A DNA stretch of 64,000 nucleotides from an uncultured beta proteobacterium (GCA_963824005.1 CAWGOK010000060.1:412-64411); one strand, 5' to 3'; shown: positions 21,432 to 34,803, counted from the first letter of the stretch. Notes: generated by a model not told the origin, from the letters alone. Numbers and translations: made by a program.

Positions 21432-23720
21432 ATGAGCATCTTCAACAAGGTCAGCAAGACCTTCCAGTGGGGCCCGCATACCGTCACGCTGGAAACCGGC
21501 GAGATCGCCCGCCAGTCCGGCGGTGCCGTGCTCGTGAACATCGACGACACCGTGGTGCTGGCCACCGTGGTGGCGTCCAAGAGCGCCAAACCAGGCCAGG
21601 ATTTCTTCCCGCTGACGGTGGACTACACCGAGAAGACCTACGCCGCCGGCAAGATCCCGGGCAGCTTCTTCAAGCGCGAAGGCCGCCCCAGCGAGCTCGA
21701 GATCCTGACCTGCCGCCTGATCGACCGGCCGATCCGCCCGCTGTTCCCCGAAGGCTTTTACAACGAAGTGCAGGTGATCGTGCACGTGCTCAGCCTGAAC
21801 CCCGAGGTGCAGGCCGACATCGCCGCGATGATCGGCACCAGCGCCGCGCTGGCGATCAGCGGCATCCCCTTCGATGGCCCGATCGGCGCGGCGCGCGTGG
21901 GCTACGTCAACGGCGAGTACGTGCTCAATCCGGGCAAGACGCAGCTGCTCGACTCCAAGCTCGACCTGGTGGTCGCCGGCACCGAAGCCGCCGTGCTGAT
22001 GGTCGAGTCCGAGGCCGACCAGCTGACCGAGGAGGTCATGCTCGGCGCCGTGGTCTTTGGCCATGAGCAAGGCAATATCGCTATTCGCCACATCAACGAA
22101 CTCGTGCGCGACGCCGGCAAGCCGGAGTGGGACTGGAAGGCGCCCGCCAAGGACGAAGCCTTCATCGCCAAGCTCAACGCGTTGGCTGAAGGCCCACTGC
22201 GCGCGGCCTACCAGATCCGCAGCAAGCAGGCGCGTACGCAGGCCTGCCGCGAGGCCTATGCCGCTGCACTGGCCGCGCTGAAAGCCGAAGGCGTCGAGTT
22301 CGACGCCGTCAAGGCCGAAGCGATGCTGTTCGATGTCGAAGCGCGCATCGTGCGCAGCCAGATCCTGTCGGGCGAGCCGCGCATCGACGGCCGCGACACG
22401 CGCACCGTGCGCCCGATCGAAATCCGCAACGGCGTGTTGCCGCGCACCCACGGCTCGGCCCTGTTCACCCGCGGCGAGACGCAGGCGCTGGTGGTGGCCA
22501 CGCTGGGCACCGAACGCGATGCGCAGCGCATCGACGCGCTGGCGGGGGAGTTCACCGACAACTTCATGCTGCACTACAACATGCCGCCCTTCGCCACCGG
22601 CGAAGCGGGCCGATTCGGCAGCCCGAAGCGGCGCGAGATCGGCCACGGCCGGCTGGCGAAGCGCGCGTTGCTGGCCGCGCTGCCGAGCAAGGCAGACTTC
22701 CCCTACACCATGCGCGTGGTCAGCGAGATCACCGAGTCCAACGGCTCTTCGTCGATGGCCTCGGTGTGCGGCGGCTGCCTGGCGCTGATGGATGCCGGCG
22801 TGCCGATGAAGGCGCATGTGGCCGGCATCGCCATGGGCCTGATCAAGGACGGCAACCGCTTCGCCGTGCTGACCGACATCCTGGGTGACGAGGACCACCT
22901 CGGCGACATGGACTTCAAGGTCGCCGGCACCACGGGCGGCATCACCGCGCTGCAGATGGACATCAAGATCCAGGGCATCACCAAGGAGATCATGCAGGTC
23001 GCGCTGGCGCAGGCCAAGGAAGCGCGCCTGCACATCCTCTCCAAGATGCAGGAAGCGATGGGCGAGGCCAAGGCCGAGGTGTCGCAGTTCGCGCCGCGCC
23101 TGTACACGATGAAGATCAACCCGGAGAAGATCCGCGACGTCATCGGCAAGGGCGGGGCAGTGATCCGTGGCCTGACTGAAGAAACCGGCTGCGTCATCGA
23201 CATCGGCGAGGACGGCACCATCACCATCGCCTCCACCGACAGCGACAAGGCGGCCTTCGCCAAGAAGCGCATCGAGGAGATCACGGCCGAGGTCGAGGTC
23301 GGCAAGGTCTACGAAGGCCCGGTCACCAAGATCCTGGACTTCGGCGCGCTGATCAACCTGTTGCCCGGCAAGGACGGGCTGCTGCACATCAGCCAGATCG
23401 CGCACCAGCGCGTGGAGAAGGTCACTGACTTCCTCGAAGAAGGTCAGGTGGTCAAGGTCAAGGTGCTCGAGACCGACGAGAAGGGCCGCGTCAAGCTGTC
23501 GATGAAGGCGCTGCTCGAGCGGCCCGAGGGCATGGAAGAAGAGCGCGAGCGTCCGCCGCGCCGCGAGTACGGCGACCGTCCGCGCCGCGACTATGGCGAC
23601 CGTGGAGACCGCGGCGATCGAGGTGAGCGCGGCGATCGTCCGCGCCGCGAGCCGGCCGCCGAAGCCGCCCCGGTGGTGGCCCCGGTGTTGGCCGATAGCG
23701 ACGTGCCGCCGCGTGACTGA
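21432..23720 (+). CDS. pnp: Polyribonucleotide nucleotidyltransferase (PNPase)
   Basis: [43 protein letters not shown] and S1 domains. Confidence 0.98.
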   Translation: MSIFNKVSKTFQWGPHTVTLETGEIARQSGGAVLVNIDDTVVLATVVASKSAKPGQDFFPLTVDYTEKTYAAGKIPGSFFKREGRPSELEILTCRLIDRPIRPLFPEGFYNEVQVIVHVLSLNPEVQADIAAMIGTSAALAISGIPFDGPIGAARVGYVNGEYVLNPGKTQLLDSKLDLVVAGTEAAVLMVESEADQLTEEVMLGAVVFGHEQGNIAIRHINELVRDAGKPEWDWKAPAKDEAFIAKLNALAEGPLRAAYQIRSKQARTQACREAYAAALAALKAEGVEFDAVKAEAMLFDVEARIVRSQILSGEPRIDGRDTRTVRPIEIRNGVLPRTHGSALFTRGETQALVVATLGTERDAQRIDALAGEFTDNFMLHYNMPPFATGEAGRFGSPKRREIGHGRLAKRALLAALPSKADFPYTMRVVSEITESNGSSSMASVCGGCLALMDAGVPMKAHVAGIAMGLIKDGNRFAVLTDILGDEDHLGDMDFKVAGTTGGITALQMDIKIQGITKEIMQVALAQAKEARLHILSKMQEAMGEAKAEVSQFAPRLYTMKINPEKIRDVIGKGGAVIRGLTEETGCVIDIGEDGTITIASTDSDKAAFAKKRIEEITAEVEVGKVYEGPVTKILDFGALINLLPGKDGLLHISQIAHQRVEKVTDFLEEGQVVKVKVLETDEKGRVKLSMKALLERPEGMEEERERPPRREYGDRPRRDYGDRGDRGDRGERGDRPRREPAAEAAPVVAPVLADSDVPPRD

Positions 23721-23767
23721 GGCCCCGTCCTGCGGCTTCGGCCCTGGGTTCGTGCCGAGGAGCGAGC

Positions 23768-24763
23768 ATGCAAGCCATTGAAATCAAGCAGCCGGGCGGC
23801 CCCGAGGTACTGCTGCCTACGCAGCGTCCTGACCCGTTGCCGAAGTCCGGCGAACTGCTCATCGCTGTCAGCGCATCGGGCATCAACCGTCCCGATGTGC
23901 TGCAACGCAAGGGCCTGTACCCGATGCCTGCGGGCGTGTCCGACCTGCCCGGCCTGGAAGTGGCCGGCACGGTGGCCGCCGGATCGGCCGAAGATCTGGC
24001 CAGCGCCGGCCTGAAGATCGGCGAGCGCGTCTGTGCGCTGGTGGCCGGTGGTGGCTACGCGCAGCTTTGCGTGGCGCCGGCCGGCCAGTGCCTGCCGGTG
24101 CCGAAGGGCCTGAGCGACGTCGAGGCGGCTGCCCTGCCGGAGACCTTCTTTACCGTCTGGCAGAACGTCTTCCAGAACGCACGGCTGAAGCGCGGCGAAA
24201 CGCTGCTGGTGCAGGGCGGGTCGAGTGGCATCGGTGTCACCGCCATCCACCTGGCCAAGGCCTTCGGCGCGACGGTCATCGTCACCGCCGGCAGCGACGA
24301 GAAATGTGCCGCCTGCCTGAAGCAGGGCGCCGACCATGCCATCAACTACAAGACCCAGGACTTTGTCGCCGAAGTCAAGCGTTTCACCGCCGGCCGTGGC
24401 GTCGACGTCGTGCTCGACATGGTGGCCGGCGACTATCTGGCGCGCGAGCTCGAGTGCATGGCCGACGATGGCCGTATCGCCATCATCGCAGTGCAGGGCG
24501 GCACCAAGGCCGCGCTGGACGTCGGCGCGGTGCTGCGCAAGCGTCTGGCGATCATCGGCAGCACGCTGCGGCCGCGCTCGATCGCCTACAAGACAGTGAT
24601 CGCACGCGAACTGCACGAGCAGGTCTGGCCGCTGATCGAGGCCGGCAAGGTCAGGCCGGTAATCCACACCGTGTTCCCGGCCACGCAGGCGGCGCAGGCC
24701 CATGCGCTGATGGAATCGAGCGTACACGTGGGCAAGATCGTCCTGGACTGGAAGCAAGCATGA
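23768..24763 (+). CDS. NAD(P)H-quinone oxidoreductase (zeta-crystallin/PIG3 family)
   Basis: [46 protein letters not shown]. Confidence 0.9.
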   Translation: MQAIEIKQPGGPEVLLPTQRPDPLPKSGELLIAVSASGINRPDVLQRKGLYPMPAGVSDLPGLEVAGTVAAGSAEDLASAGLKIGERVCALVAGGGYAQLCVAPAGQCLPVPKGLSDVEAAALPETFFTVWQNVFQNARLKRGETLLVQGGSSGIGVTAIHLAKAFGATVIVTAGSDEKCAACLKQGADHAINYKTQDFVAEVKRFTAGRGVDVVLDMVAGDYLARELECMADDGRIAIIAVQGGTKAALDVGAVLRKRLAIIGSTLRPRSIAYKTVIARELHEQVWPLIEAGKVRPVIHTVFPATQAAQAHALMESSVHVGKIVLDWKQA

Positions 24764-25506
24764 GTGCAAGACGCAAGCTGGTGGTGGGCAACTGGAAGAT
24801 GCATGGCAGTCACCCGGCGAACGCCGAGTTGCTGGCCGGCATCCTGGCCGCGCGGCCGTTCGTCGCCGACCTCGCGGTGTGCGTGCCTTTTCCTTACCTG
24901 GCCAGCACAGCGGTGAGCCTGGCCGGCAGCGACGTGCGCTGGGGTGCGCAGGACTGCTCGGCGCACAAGCAAGGTGCCTATACCGGCGAGGTCTCGCCGA
25001 CCATGCTGGCCGAGTTCGGCTGTCGGTATGTCATCGTCGGGCATTCCGAACGTCGCGCGATGCATGGCGAGAGCGACCAGCTCGTCGCCGACAAGGCGCA
25101 GGCCGCGCTTTCGCATGGCGTGACGCCGATTGTCTGTGTCGGCGAGACGCTGGCGCAGCGCGAGGCCGGCGAAACGGCTGCCGTGGTCAAGCGACAGTTG
25201 TCGGCCGTGATCCACACGCTGGCGCACTGTGCCGGCGAGATGGTGGTCGCCTACGAGCCGGTCTGGGCCATCGGCACCGGACTCAGCGCCACACCCCAGC
25301 AGGCGCAGGAGGTGCACCACCTGCTGCGCGCGCAGTTGCACGCTGCAAGCGCGCGCGCCGAGCAGATGAAGATCATCTATGGCGGCAGCGTCAAGCCCGA
25401 CAACGCGGCCCAGCTGTTCGCGCAGCCCGACATCGATGGCGCCTTGGTCGGCGGTGCAGCCTTGAAGGCAGCCGACTTCGTGGCCATCTGCCGCGCGGCC
25501 GGTTGA
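24760..25506 (+). CDS. tpiA: Triosephosphate isomerase
   Basis: [28 protein letters not shown]. Confidence 0.98.
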   Translation: MSARRKLVVGNWKMHGSHPANAELLAGILAARPFVADLAVCVPFPYLASTAVSLAGSDVRWGAQDCSAHKQGAYTGEVSPTMLAEFGCRYVIVGHSERRAMHGESDQLVADKAQAALSHGVTPIVCVGETLAQREAGETAAVVKRQLSAVIHTLAHCAGEMVVAYEPVWAIGTGLSATPQQAQEVHHLLRAQLHAASARAEQMKIIYGGSVKPDNAAQLFAQPDIDGALVGGAALKAADFVAICRAAG

Positions 25507-25549
25507 GCGCGCTGCTGCGCATCCCATTCATCAATAAGTCGATCCCAAC

Positions 25550-25963
25550 ATGCAGATCTGGACCACCGTCATACACGCCGTTCAATTGCTCGCCGCGCTG
25601 ACGATGATCGGCCTCGTGCTGATCCAGCACGGCAAGGGCGCGGACATGGGCGCGTCCTTCGGCAGCGGCGCATCGGGCAGCCTGTTCGGCGCCAGCGGCA
25701 GCGCGAACTTCCTGTCGCGCTCGACGGCGGCGTGTGCGGCGGTGTTCTTCGCCTGCACGCTGGCGCTGGCCTTCATGTCCAACGACAGGCCGTCGAGCCT
25801 GCCCATCGGCGGCGGCACCAGCGTGCTCGACCGCGCGGCGCCTGCGGCCAGCGCGGCCGCCAGCGTTGCCGCCATCCCGGGTGTCGCGCCGACCGTCGCA
25901 TCCGCGCCCGTGGGCGTACCGGCGGCGATCCCGGCACCGGCCCCGGCAAGCGCCGGCAAGTAG
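25550..25963 (+). CDS. secG: Preprotein translocase subunit SecG
   Basis: LIQHGKGADMGASFGSGASGSLFGASGSANFLSR. Confidence 0.96.
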   Translation: MQIWTTVIHAVQLLAALTMIGLVLIQHGKGADMGASFGSGASGSLFGASGSANFLSRSTAACAAVFFACTLALAFMSNDRPSSLPIGGGTSVLDRAAPAASAAASVAAIPGVAPTVASAPVGVPAAIPAPAPASAGK

Positions 25964-26104
25964 GGCCGCAGCACAAGTGCGGCCGCACGCGGCGGCCGCT
26001 TGAAAGCTGTGCCCGATGTCGTGAATGCACTGCAATTGCAGCTAGAATTCTTCGACTGAGAGGGTGTCATTTCCTCACGTCACCCGATTGAATCCGAGAC
26101 GTGC

Positions 26105-26189
26105 GCCGACGTGGTGAAATTGGTAGACACGCTATCTTGAGGGGGTAGTGGCGAAAGCTGTGCGAGTTCGAGTCTCGCCGTCGGCACCA
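26105..26189 (+). tRNA. tRNA-Leu (anticodon GAG)
   Basis: 85-nt cloverleaf GCCGACG...CGTCGGC-A-CCA; anticodon arm CTATC-TTGAGGG-GGTAG, long variable arm, GTTCGA T-loop. Confidence 0.97.
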
Positions 26190-26214
26190 GCAAGGTCCCC
26201 AGCGGACGAACCAA

Positions 26215-26574
26215 ATGGATCTGCAACCGTACTTGCCCGTCATCCTGTTCATACTGGTGGGCGTCGCAGTCGGTATTGCCCCGCAGCTCATCGGCTACGC
26301 CCTCGGCCCGAACCGGCCCGATGCGGCCAAGAATTCCCCCTACGAATGCGGCTTCGAGGCCTTCGAGGACGCACGCATGAAGTTCGACGTGCGCTACTAC
26401 CTGGTGGCCATCCTCTTCATCCTGTTCGACCTGGAAATCGCCTTTCTCTTCCCATGGGCAGTGGCCCTGCGTGAAATCGGGCCGTCAGGTTTCTGGGCCA
26501 TGATGATCTTCCTCGCCATTCTCGTCGTGGGCTTCGTTTACGAGTGGAAGAAGGGTGCCCTCGACTGGGAATAG
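26215..26574 (+). CDS. nuoA: NADH-quinone oxidoreductase subunit A
   Basis: [26 protein letters not shown]. Confidence 0.97.
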   Translation: MDLQPYLPVILFILVGVAVGIAPQLIGYALGPNRPDAAKNSPYECGFEAFEDARMKFDVRYYLVAILFILFDLEIAFLFPWAVALREIGPSGFWAMMIFLAILVVGFVYEWKKGALDWE

Positions 26575-26584
26575 CGGCAACACC

Positions 26585-27061
26585 ATGGGAATCGAAGGCG
26601 TACTCAAGGAAGGCTTCGTCACCACTTCGGTCGACAAGCTCATCAACTGGTCGAAGACCGGCTCGCTGTGGCCGATGACCTTCGGCCTGGCCTGCTGCGC
26701 CGTGGAGATGATGCACGCCGGCGCGGCGCGCTACGACATCGACCGCTTCGGCATGCTCTTTCGCCCCAGCCCACGACAGAGCGACCTGATGATCGTCGCC
26801 GGCACGTTATGCAACAAGATGGCGCCGGCGCTGCGCAAGGTCTACGACCAGATGGCCGAGCCGCGCTGGGTACTGAGCATGGGCTCGTGCGCCAATGGCG
26901 GCGGCTACTACCACTACAGCTACTCGGTGGTGCGCGGCTGCGACCGCATCGTGCCGGTGGACGTGTATGTGCCGGGCTGTCCACCCACGGCCGAGGCCTT
27001 GCTCTACGGCATCCTGCAACTGCAGAACAAGATCCGTCGCGAGAACACGATCGCACGCTGA
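26585..27061 (+). CDS. nuoB: NADH-quinone oxidoreductase subunit B
   Basis: [28 protein letters not shown]. Confidence 0.97.
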   Translation: MGIEGVLKEGFVTTSVDKLINWSKTGSLWPMTFGLACCAVEMMHAGAARYDIDRFGMLFRPSPRQSDLMIVAGTLCNKMAPALRKVYDQMAEPRWVLSMGSCANGGGYYHYSYSVVRGCDRIVPVDVYVPGCPPTAEALLYGILQLQNKIRRENTIAR

Positions 27062-27103
27062 GGCGTCGCCCCACGCACCCACCGACGCCGCCTCCGCCTG
27101 CCG

Positions 27104-27703
27104 ATGACACAGAAGCTCGACACCCTGCAAGCCGCGCTCGAGGCCGAACTCGGCGACGCCGTCGCAGTGCTTGAACGCGAGCGCGGCGAGATCACCATCA
27201 CGGTGGCGGCCGAACGTTATCTCGACGTGGCATCGGCCTTGCGCGACCACCCGACGCTGAAGTTCGAGCAGCTGATCGACCTGTGCGGCGTGGACTATTC
27301 CGACTACAAGAATCGGCCATGGGATGGCGCGCGCTACTGCGTCGTGAGCCATCTTCTGTCGGTGAGCCACAACTGGCGCGTGCGGCTGAAGGTCTTCGCG
27401 CCCGACGACAACATGCCGGTGGTGGCGTCGGTCAATGCGCTCTGGGCTTCGGCGAACTGGTTCGAGCGCGAGGCCTTCGACCTGTACGGCATCATCTTCG
27501 ATGGCCACCTCGACCTGCGCCGCATCCTCACCGACTACGGCTTCATCGGCCACCCGATGCGCAAGGACTTCCCGACCACCGGGCATGTCGAGATGCGCTA
27601 CGACGCGCAGACCCAGCGCGTGATCTACCAGCCGGTGACGATCGAGCCGCGCGAGATCACGCCCCGCGTAGTGCGCGAGGACAACTACGGAGGCCTCCAA
27701 TGA
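27104..27703 (+). CDS. nuoC: NADH-quinone oxidoreductase subunit C
   Basis: [38 protein letters not shown]. Confidence 0.97.
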   Translation: MTQKLDTLQAALEAELGDAVAVLERERGEITITVAAERYLDVASALRDHPTLKFEQLIDLCGVDYSDYKNRPWDGARYCVVSHLLSVSHNWRVRLKVFAPDDNMPVVASVNALWASANWFEREAFDLYGIIFDGHLDLRRILTDYGFIGHPMRKDFPTTGHVEMRYDAQTQRVIYQPVTIEPREITPRVVREDNYGGLQ

Positions 27704-27809
27704 CCTCCGAAGCGATCATCGAGCGGACGCCGCAGAGCCGGCTTTGCCGGGCTGCTGGCGTCGGCCCCCTGGGGGGGGAGCGGCGGAGCCGCTTCGGGGG
27801 GGCTGGTCA
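27701..27809. repeat. Nested inverted-repeat (REP-like) element between nuoC and nuoD
   Basis: TGACC/GGTCA, CCTCCGAAGCG/CGCTTCGGGGG, GACGCC/GGCGTC and CCGGC-TTT-GCCGG stems, plus G8 and G7 runs. Confidence 0.55.
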
Positions 27810-27811
27810 GC

Positions 27812-29065
27812 ATGGCTGAGATCAAGAACTACACGTTGAACTTCGGGCCGCAGCACCCGGCGGCGCACGGCGTGCTGCGCCTGGTGCTCGAGCTCGACGG
27901 CGAGGTCATCCAGCGTGCCGACCCGCACATCGGGCTGCTGCACCGTGCCACCGAGAAACTGGCCGAGAGCAAGACCTTCATCCAGGCCCTGCCCTACATG
28001 GACCGGCTCGACTACGTGTCGATGATGTGCAACGAGCACGCCTACTGCCTGGCGATCGAGAAGCTGCTCGGTATCGAGGTGCCCGAGCGCGCGATGTACA
28101 TCCGCGTCATGTTTGCCGAGATCACGCGGCTGCTGAACCACCTGCTCTGGCTGGGTGCGCACGGCATCGACTGCGGCGCGATGAACATCCTCATCTATGC
28201 GTTCCGCGAGCGCGAGGACCTGTTCGACATGTACGAGGCGGTGTCCGGTGCGCGCATGCACGCGGCCTACTTCCGCCCCGGTGGTGTGTACCGCGACCTG
28301 CCGGATTCGATGCCGCAGTACAAGGTGTCGCGCATCAAGAACCAGAAGGCCATCGACGCGCTGAACGACACGCGCAGCGGCAGCCTGCTCGATTTCGTCG
28401 ACTCGTTCACCCAGCGTTTTCCGGCTTATGTGGATGAATACGAGACCCTGCTCACCGACAACCGCATCTGGAAGCAGCGCACCGTCGGCATCGGCGTGGT
28501 CACGCCCGAGCGTGCCTTGAATCTGGGCTTCACCGGCCCGATGCTGCGCGGCTCGGGCATCGAATGGGATCTGCGCAAGAAGCAGCCCTACGACGTCTAC
28601 GAGCGCCTGGACTTCGACATCCCGGTGGGCACGCATGGCGACACCTACGACCGCTACTTGGTGCGCGTCGAAGAAATGCGCCAGAGCAATCGCATCATCA
28701 AGCAGTGCGTGGACTGGTTGCGCGTCAACCCGGGCCCGGTGATCACTGACAACCACAAGGTGGCGGCGCCGCCGCGCGTGGACATGAAGGCGAACATGGA
28801 AGAGCTGATCCACCACTTCAAGCTCTTCACCGAAGGATTCCACGTGCCCGAGGGCGAGGCCTACGCGGCGGTAGAGCATCCGAAGGGCGAGTTCGGCATC
28901 TACCTGATCAGCGACGGCGCCAACAAGCCGTATCGACTGAAAATCCGCCCGCCGGGTTTCCCGCACCTGGCTGCGCTGGACGAGATGGCGCGCGGCCACA
29001 TGATTGCCGACGCGGTGGCCATCATCGGCACGATGGACATCGTTTTTGGCGAGATCGATCGATGA
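27812..29065 (+). CDS. nuoD: NADH-quinone oxidoreductase subunit D
   Basis: [28 protein letters not shown]. Confidence 0.98.
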   Translation: MAEIKNYTLNFGPQHPAAHGVLRLVLELDGEVIQRADPHIGLLHRATEKLAESKTFIQALPYMDRLDYVSMMCNEHAYCLAIEKLLGIEVPERAMYIRVMFAEITRLLNHLLWLGAHGIDCGAMNILIYAFREREDLFDMYEAVSGARMHAAYFRPGGVYRDLPDSMPQYKVSRIKNQKAIDALNDTRSGSLLDFVDSFTQRFPAYVDEYETLLTDNRIWKQRTVGIGVVTPERALNLGFTGPMLRGSGIEWDLRKKQPYDVYERLDFDIPVGTHGDTYDRYLVRVEEMRQSNRIIKQCVDWLRVNPGPVITDNHKVAAPPRVDMKANMEELIHHFKLFTEGFHVPEGEAYAAVEHPKGEFGIYLISDGANKPYRLKIRPPGFPHLAALDEMARGHMIADAVAIIGTMDIVFGEIDR

Positions 29066-29550
29066 AGTTGAGCGACGACACGCTGGCGCGTTTTGCGCGC
29101 GAAGTGGCCAAGTACCCGGTCGAGCAGAAGCAGTCGGCCGTGATGGCCTGCCTGGCGATCGTGCAGCACGAACAGGGTCATGTCTCGGCCGAGGCCGAGA
29201 ACGCGGTGGCTGCCTACCTGGGCATGGCGCCGATCGCGGTGCACGAGGTCACCACCTTCTACAACATGTACAACCAGCAGCCGGTGGGACGCTTCAAGCT
29301 CAACGTCTGCACCAACCTGCCGTGCCAGCTGCGTGATGGGCAGAGCGCTCTGGACCATGTCTGCCAGCGACTCGGCGTCGAGCCCTACGGCAGTACCGCC
29401 GATGGCCTGTTCACGGTGCAACCCAGCGAATGCCTGGGCGCCTGCGCCGATGCGCCTGTGATGCTGGTCAACGATCGGCAGATGCTCAGTTTCATGGGGC
29501 CGGAGCGGCTGGACGAGCTGCTGGACACGCTGAAGAAGGCCGCAGCATGA
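29062..29550 (+). CDS. nuoE: NADH-quinone oxidoreductase subunit E
   Basis: [23 protein letters not shown]. Confidence 0.96.
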   Translation: MKLSDDTLARFAREVAKYPVEQKQSAVMACLAIVQHEQGHVSAEAENAVAAYLGMAPIAVHEVTTFYNMYNQQPVGRFKLNVCTNLPCQLRDGQSALDHVCQRLGVEPYGSTADGLFTVQPSECLGACADAPVMLVNDRQMLSFMGPERLDELLDTLKKAAA

Positions 29551-30899
29551 TCGACCTTTCGAAGTTCCAGGCCACCGGCCGCGAGACCTGCTTCCACGGC
29601 CGGCACATCGGCGCGCAGATCTACGCCGGCCTGGACGGCAGCAACTGGCGCTTGCGCGACTACGAAGCGCGCGGCGGTTACCAGGCGCTGCGCAAGATCC
29701 TCGGGCTGGACGGCGGCGCGGGTTTGACGCCCGACCAGGTGGTGGCCGAAGTCAAGGCGTCTGGCCTGCGCGGCCGCGGCGGCGCGGGTTTCCCGACGGG
29801 CTTGAAGTGGAGCTTCATGCCGAAGAACTACGCCGGCCCGAAGTACCTGGTGTGCAATTCCGACGAAGGCGAGCCCGGCACCTGCAAGGACCGCGACATC
29901 CTCGCCTACAACCCGCACATCGTCATCGAAGGTATGGCCATCGCCGCCTACGCGATGGGCGTGGCCACGGCCTACAACTACATCCACGGCGAGATCTTCG
30001 AGGTCTATGAGCGTTTCGAAGAAGCGCTCGAAGAGGCACGCGCCGCCGGCTACCTGGGCGATCGCATCCTCGGCAGCGGATTCAACTTCCAGTTGCATGC
30101 CTTCCACGGCTTCGGCGCCTACATCTGCGGCGAAGAAACCGCGCTGCTCGAATCGCTGGAGGGCAAGAAGGGCCAGCCGCGCTTCAAGCCGCCGTTCCCG
30201 GCGAGCTTCGGCGTGTACGGCAAGCCGACGACGATCAACAACACCGAGACCTTCGCCGCGGTGCCGTGGATCATCCGCAACGGCGCCGCGCCCTACCTGG
30301 CCATTGGCCGGCCAAACAACGGCGGCACGAAGATCTTCTCGGTGGTCGGCGACGTGCAGCGGCCCGGCAACTACGAAGTGCCGCTCTGTACGCCCTTCCC
30401 GAAACTGCTCGAGCTGGCCGGCGGCATGCGCCCGGGCCGCAAGCTGAAGGCGGTGATCCCGGGCGGCTCGTCCGCACCGGTGCTGCCGGCGGACATCATG
30501 CTCGACTGCACCATGGACTACGACGCCATCGCCAAGGCCGGCTCGATGCTCGGCTCGGGTGCGGTGATCGTCATGGACGACACACGCTGCATGGTCAAGA
30601 GCCTGCTGCGCCTGAGCTACTTCTACCAGCACGAGAGCTGCGGCCAGTGCACGCCCTGCCGCGAAGGCACCGGCTGGCTGTGGCGCATGGTCGACCGCAT
30701 CGAACACGGCAAGGGCCGCATGGAAGACATCGAGCTGCTCGGCTCGGTGGCCGACAACATCATGGGCCGCACCATCTGCGCACTGGGCGATGCCGCGGCG
30801 ATGCCGGTGCGCGGCATGATCAAGCACTTCCGCGACGAGTTCGTGCACCACGTCGAACACAAGCGCTGCGTCGTCGGCACGGCGGTGAGCCACGCATGA
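29547..30899 (+). CDS. nuoF: NADH-quinone oxidoreductase subunit F
   Basis: [43 protein letters not shown]. Confidence 0.98.
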   Translation: MIDLSKFQATGRETCFHGRHIGAQIYAGLDGSNWRLRDYEARGGYQALRKILGLDGGAGLTPDQVVAEVKASGLRGRGGAGFPTGLKWSFMPKNYAGPKYLVCNSDEGEPGTCKDRDILAYNPHIVIEGMAIAAYAMGVATAYNYIHGEIFEVYERFEEALEEARAAGYLGDRILGSGFNFQLHAFHGFGAYICGEETALLESLEGKKGQPRFKPPFPASFGVYGKPTTINNTETFAAVPWIIRNGAAPYLAIGRPNNGGTKIFSVVGDVQRPGNYEVPLCTPFPKLLELAGGMRPGRKLKAVIPGGSSAPVLPADIMLDCTMDYDAIAKAGSMLGSGAVIVMDDTRCMVKSLLRLSYFYQHESCGQCTPCREGTGWLWRMVDRIEHGKGRMEDIELLGSVADNIMGRTICALGDAAAMPVRGMIKHFRDEFVHHVEHKRCVVGTAVSHA

Positions 30900-33220
30900 T
30901 CGAAATCCAGCTCGACGGCAAGCCGGTCAGCGTCGCGCCCGGCAGCATGGTGATGCATGCGGCCGACGCCGCCGGCATCTACGTGCCGCACTTCTGCTAT
31001 CACAAGAAACTCAGCATCGCGGCCAACTGCCGCATGTGCCTGGTCGACATCGAGAAGGCGCCCAAGCCGATGCCGGCCTGCGCCACCCCGGTGGCGCAGG
31101 GCATGGTGGTGCACACCAAGAGCGAAAAGGCCATCAAGGCGCAGCAGTCAGTGATGGAGTTCCTGCTCATCAACCACCCGCTCGACTGCCCCATCTGCGA
31201 CCAGGGCGGCGAATGCCAGCTGCAGGACCTGGCGGTCGGCTACGGCGGCTCGGCCTCGCGCTACACCGAAGAAAAGCGCGTCGTCTTCCACAAGGACGTC
31301 GGTCCGCTGATCAGCATGCAGGAGATGAGCCGCTGCATCCACTGCACCCGCTGCGTGCGCTTCGGCCAGGAGGTGGCCGGGGTCATGGAACTGGGCATGA
31401 TCCATCGCGGCGAGCATTCCGAAATCACCACGGTCGCCGGCCGCACCGTCGATTCCGAGCTGTCGGGCAACATGATCGACATCTGCCCGGTCGGTGCCCT
31501 GACCAGCAAGCCCTTCCGCTACAGCGCACGCACCTGGGAGCTGGCGCGCCGCCGCAGCATCAGCCCGCACGATTCCACCGGTGCCAACCTGATCGTGCAG
31601 ACCAAGGCCAACAGGGTCATGCGCGTGGTGCCGCTGGAAAACGAGGACGTCAACGAGTGCTGGATCGCCGACCGCGACCGCTTCAGCTACGAGGCGCTGA
31701 ACAGCCCGTCGCGGCTGAGCGCGCCGATGATCAAGCAGGGCGGGCAGTGGCGGACGGTGGACTGGAACACCGCACTCGGCTATGTGGCCGACGGGCTGAA
31801 GCGCATCACCGGAGAGTTCGGTGCGCAGGGCATCGGCGCGCTGGCCACCGCGCACAGCACGGTCGAGGAATTGCACCTGCTGGCCAAGCTGGTGCGCGGC
31901 CTGGGCAGCGAGAGCATCGATTGCCGCACTCGCCACGCCAATTTCTCCAACACGGCGGCCCCTGGCTCGGCACGCTGGCTCGGCACCTCGATCGCCAGCC
32001 TGTCGACGCTGCAGTCGGCCTTCGTCGTCGGCTCCTTCCTGCGCAAGGACCACCCGTTGTTCGCGCAGCGGTTGCGCCAGGCGGCACGCAAAGGCGCACA
32101 GATCCATCGGCTGCATGCGCTGGACGAGGACTGGGCGATGCCTCTGGGCACCCGCCTCAACGTCGCGCCCTCCGGCTGGCTGCAGGTGCTGACCGACGTG
32201 GCCGCGGCCGTGGCGGCGCAGACAGGCATCACCGCGCCGCTGCCGGCAGCGCCCGACGCGGCGGCCACCGCCATTGCCCAGTCGCTGCTGGGCGCGCAGC
32301 GCAAGGCACTGCTGCTGGGCAACGCCGCCGCGCAGCACCCCCGCGCGGACGAGTTGTTGGCGCTGGCGAACTGGATCGCCGAACATACCGGCGCCAGCGT
32401 CGGCTATCTGGGTGAGGCCGCCAACAGCGTGGGTGCACAGCTGGTGGGTGCGTTGCCCGGCGCCGGTGGGCTGAATGCCGGCCAGATGCTGTCGCAGGGC
32501 ATGAAGGCGCTGCTGCTGCTGAACGTCGAACCCGAACTCGACGCCGCCGATGCGCCCGCCGCGCGCGCCGCACTGCAGCGCAGCGGCCTGGTGGTGGCAT
32601 TGACGGCTTTCAAGGACGCGGCCGTGGAGAACGCCGACGTGCTGCTGCCGATCGCCCCGTACACCGAAACCGCGGGCAGCTTCGTCAACGCCGAAGGCCG
32701 CCTGCAGAGCTTCAGTGGTGTCGTCGCGCCTCTCGGCGAAACTCGCCCGGCCTGGAAGGTGCTGCGCGTGCTGGGCAACCTGCTCGGCTTGCCCGGCTTC
32801 CAGCAGGACAACGCCGAGCAGGTGCGCAGCGAGGCGATCGGCGACCCATCCAACCTGGTCGCGCGGCTGGACAACCGAAGTGCGGCGCTGCCGTCGTCGC
32901 TGGGCACGCCGGCCACCGGCTTTGAGCGCATCGCCGACGTGCCGATCTATGCTGCGGATGCACTGGTGCGCCGCGCCGAATCGCTGCAGCTGAGCGCCGA
33001 CGCACGCGCGCCGGTGGCCAGCCTGCCGAGCGCGCTGTGGGCCGAGCTCGGTCTGACGGCCGGCGATCCGGTGCGCATCACACTCGGCGAGCATGTGCTG
33101 CTCATCGCCGCGGTCGAGGACCCGAGCCTGGCGCCCGCAGTGGTGCGCGTGCCCGCAGGGCATGCGGACACGGCCGTGCTCGGCGCGATGTTCGGCGCCG
33201 TCAACGTCACGCGGGGCTGA
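30896..33220 (+). CDS. nuoG: NADH-quinone oxidoreductase subunit G
   Basis: PHFCYH...[30 protein letters not shown] at 30896 overlaps the nuoF stop. Confidence 0.97.
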   Translation: MIEIQLDGKPVSVAPGSMVMHAADAAGIYVPHFCYHKKLSIAANCRMCLVDIEKAPKPMPACATPVAQGMVVHTKSEKAIKAQQSVMEFLLINHPLDCPICDQGGECQLQDLAVGYGGSASRYTEEKRVVFHKDVGPLISMQEMSRCIHCTRCVRFGQEVAGVMELGMIHRGEHSEITTVAGRTVDSELSGNMIDICPVGALTSKPFRYSARTWELARRRSISPHDSTGANLIVQTKANRVMRVVPLENEDVNECWIADRDRFSYEALNSPSRLSAPMIKQGGQWRTVDWNTALGYVADGLKRITGEFGAQGIGALATAHSTVEELHLLAKLVRGLGSESIDCRTRHANFSNTAAPGSARWLGTSIASLSTLQSAFVVGSFLRKDHPLFAQRLRQAARKGAQIHRLHALDEDWAMPLGTRLNVAPSGWLQVLTDVAAAVAAQTGITAPLPAAPDAAATAIAQSLLGAQRKALLLGNAAAQHPRADELLALANWIAEHTGASVGYLGEAANSVGAQLVGALPGAGGLNAGQMLSQGMKALLLLNVEPELDAADAPAARAALQRSGLVVALTAFKDAAVENADVLLPIAPYTETAGSFVNAEGRLQSFSGVVAPLGETRPAWKVLRVLGNLLGLPGFQQDNAEQVRSEAIGDPSNLVARLDNRSAALPSSLGTPATGFERIADVPIYAADALVRRAESLQLSADARAPVASLPSALWAELGLTAGDPVRITLGEHVLLIAAVEDPSLAPAVVRVPAGHADTAVLGAMFGAVNVTRG

Positions 33221-33229
33221 GGGAACGGC

Positions 33230-34297
33230 ATGCTCGAGTCCGTCAATCAATTCGGGGTGTCGCTGATGGGCCCGACGCTGTGGGCGGTGGTCTGGAGCCT
33301 GATCAAGATCGTCGCGCTGCTGTTGCCGCTGATGGGCAGCGTGGCCTATCTCACGTTGTGGGAGCGCAAGGGCATCGGCTTCACACAACTGCGGCCTGGG
33401 CCGAACCGCGTCGGGCCCTACGGGCTGCTGACGCCGATCGCCGACGCGGTGAAACTGATCTTCAAGGAGATCATCCGCCCCACCGCGGCGAACAAGCCGC
33501 TGTTCTTCCTGGGGCCGGTGATGACCATCATGCCGGCGCTGGCCGCCTGGGTGGTGATCCCCTTCGGCCCCGAAGTGGCGCTGGCCAACATCAATGCCGG
33601 GCTGCTGTTCCTGATGGCCATCACCTCGCTCGAGGTCTACGGCGTGATCATCGCCGGCTGGGCCAGCAACTCCAAGTACGCCTTCCTCGGCGCGCTGCGC
33701 GCGTCGGCGCAGATGGTCAGCTACGAGATCGCCATGGGATTTGCCCTGGTGGTAGTGCTGATGGTTTCCGCCAGCCTGAACATGAGCGACATCGTGCTCG
33801 CGCAGGACAAGGGCCGCTTTGCCGACATGGGGCTGAACTTCCTGTCGTGGAACTGGCTGCCGCTGCTGCCGATCTTCTTGGTGTATTTCATCTCCGGCCT
33901 GGCCGAGACCAACCGCCACCCCTTCGACGTGGTCGAAGGCGAATCCGAGATCGTTGCCGGCCACATGATCGAGTACTCGGGCATGGCCTTCGCCATGTTC
34001 TTCCTGGCCGAATACGCCAACATGATCCTGGTGTCGATGCTGGCGGTGATCATGTTCCTGGGCGGCTGGCTGTCGCCGATCGACGCCGCGCCCTTCACCT
34101 GGATTCCGGGCTGGGGCTGGATCATCCTCAAGACCTTCGTCGTGGTCACGGTCTTCCTGTGGGTGCGTGCCACCTTCCCGCGCTACCGCTACGACCAGAT
34201 CATGCGCCTGGGCTGGAAGATCTTCATTCCCATCACGCTGGTGTGGCTGGTGGTGGTGGGGCTGTGGATCCAGTCGCCGCTGAACATCTGGAACTGA
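33230..34297 (+). CDS. nuoH: NADH-quinone oxidoreductase subunit H
   Basis: [30 protein letters not shown]. Confidence 0.97.
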   Translation: MLESVNQFGVSLMGPTLWAVVWSLIKIVALLLPLMGSVAYLTLWERKGIGFTQLRPGPNRVGPYGLLTPIADAVKLIFKEIIRPTAANKPLFFLGPVMTIMPALAAWVVIPFGPEVALANINAGLLFLMAITSLEVYGVIIAGWASNSKYAFLGALRASAQMVSYEIAMGFALVVVLMVSASLNMSDIVLAQDKGRFADMGLNFLSWNWLPLLPIFLVYFISGLAETNRHPFDVVEGESEIVAGHMIEYSGMAFAMFFLAEYANMILVSMLAVIMFLGGWLSPIDAAPFTWIPGWGWIILKTFVVVTVFLWVRATFPRYRYDQIMRLGWKIFIPITLVWLVVVGLWIQSPLNIWN

Positions 34298-34305
34298 GGT
34301 CAGCC

Positions 34306-34803
34306 ATGTCAGCCGTCACTTCGATCAAGGAACTGATGTCCAGCTTCATGCTGGCCGAGCTTTTCAAGGGCATGCGCGTCACCGGCAAGTACTTCTGGGC
34401 ACGCAAGATCACCGTGCAGTACCCCGAGGAGAAGACTCCGCTGTCGCCGCGTTTCCGCGGCCTGCACGCGCTGCGCCGCTACGAAAACGGCGAGGAGCGC
34501 TGCATCGCCTGCAAGCTGTGCGAGGCGGTGTGCCCGGCGATGGCCATCACCATCGAGTCCGAAGTGCGCGACGACGGCTCGCGCCGCACCACGCGCTACG
34601 ACATCGACCTGACGAAGTGCATCTTCTGCGGCTTCTGCGAAGAAAGCTGCCCGGTGGATTCGATCGTCGAGACGCACATCCTCGAGTACCACGGCGAGAA
34701 GCGCGGCGACCTGTACTTCACCAAGGACATGCTGCTGGCCGTGGGCGACCGCTACGAAAAAGAAATCGCCGCCGCGAAGGAGGCCGACGCCAAGTACCGC
34801 TAG
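34306..34803 (+). CDS. nuoI: NADH-quinone oxidoreductase subunit I
   Basis: [31 protein letters not shown]. Confidence 0.97.
   Translation: MSAVTSIKELMSSFMLAELFKGMRVTGKYFWARKITVQYPEEKTPLSPRFRGLHALRRYENGEERCIACKLCEAVCPAMAITIESEVRDDGSRRTTRYDIDLTKCIFCGFCEESCPVDSIVETHILEYHGEKRGDLYFTKDMLLAVGDRYEKEIAAAKEADAKYR

Noticed and set aside
25790..25963. Ala/Pro-rich SecG tail
   Set aside because: Low-complexity SecG tails are ordinary in this group.
26105..26214. tRNA-Leu as a possible island integration site
   Set aside because: nuoA follows 25 bp later; no integrase or duplicated tRNA 3' end was seen in the window.
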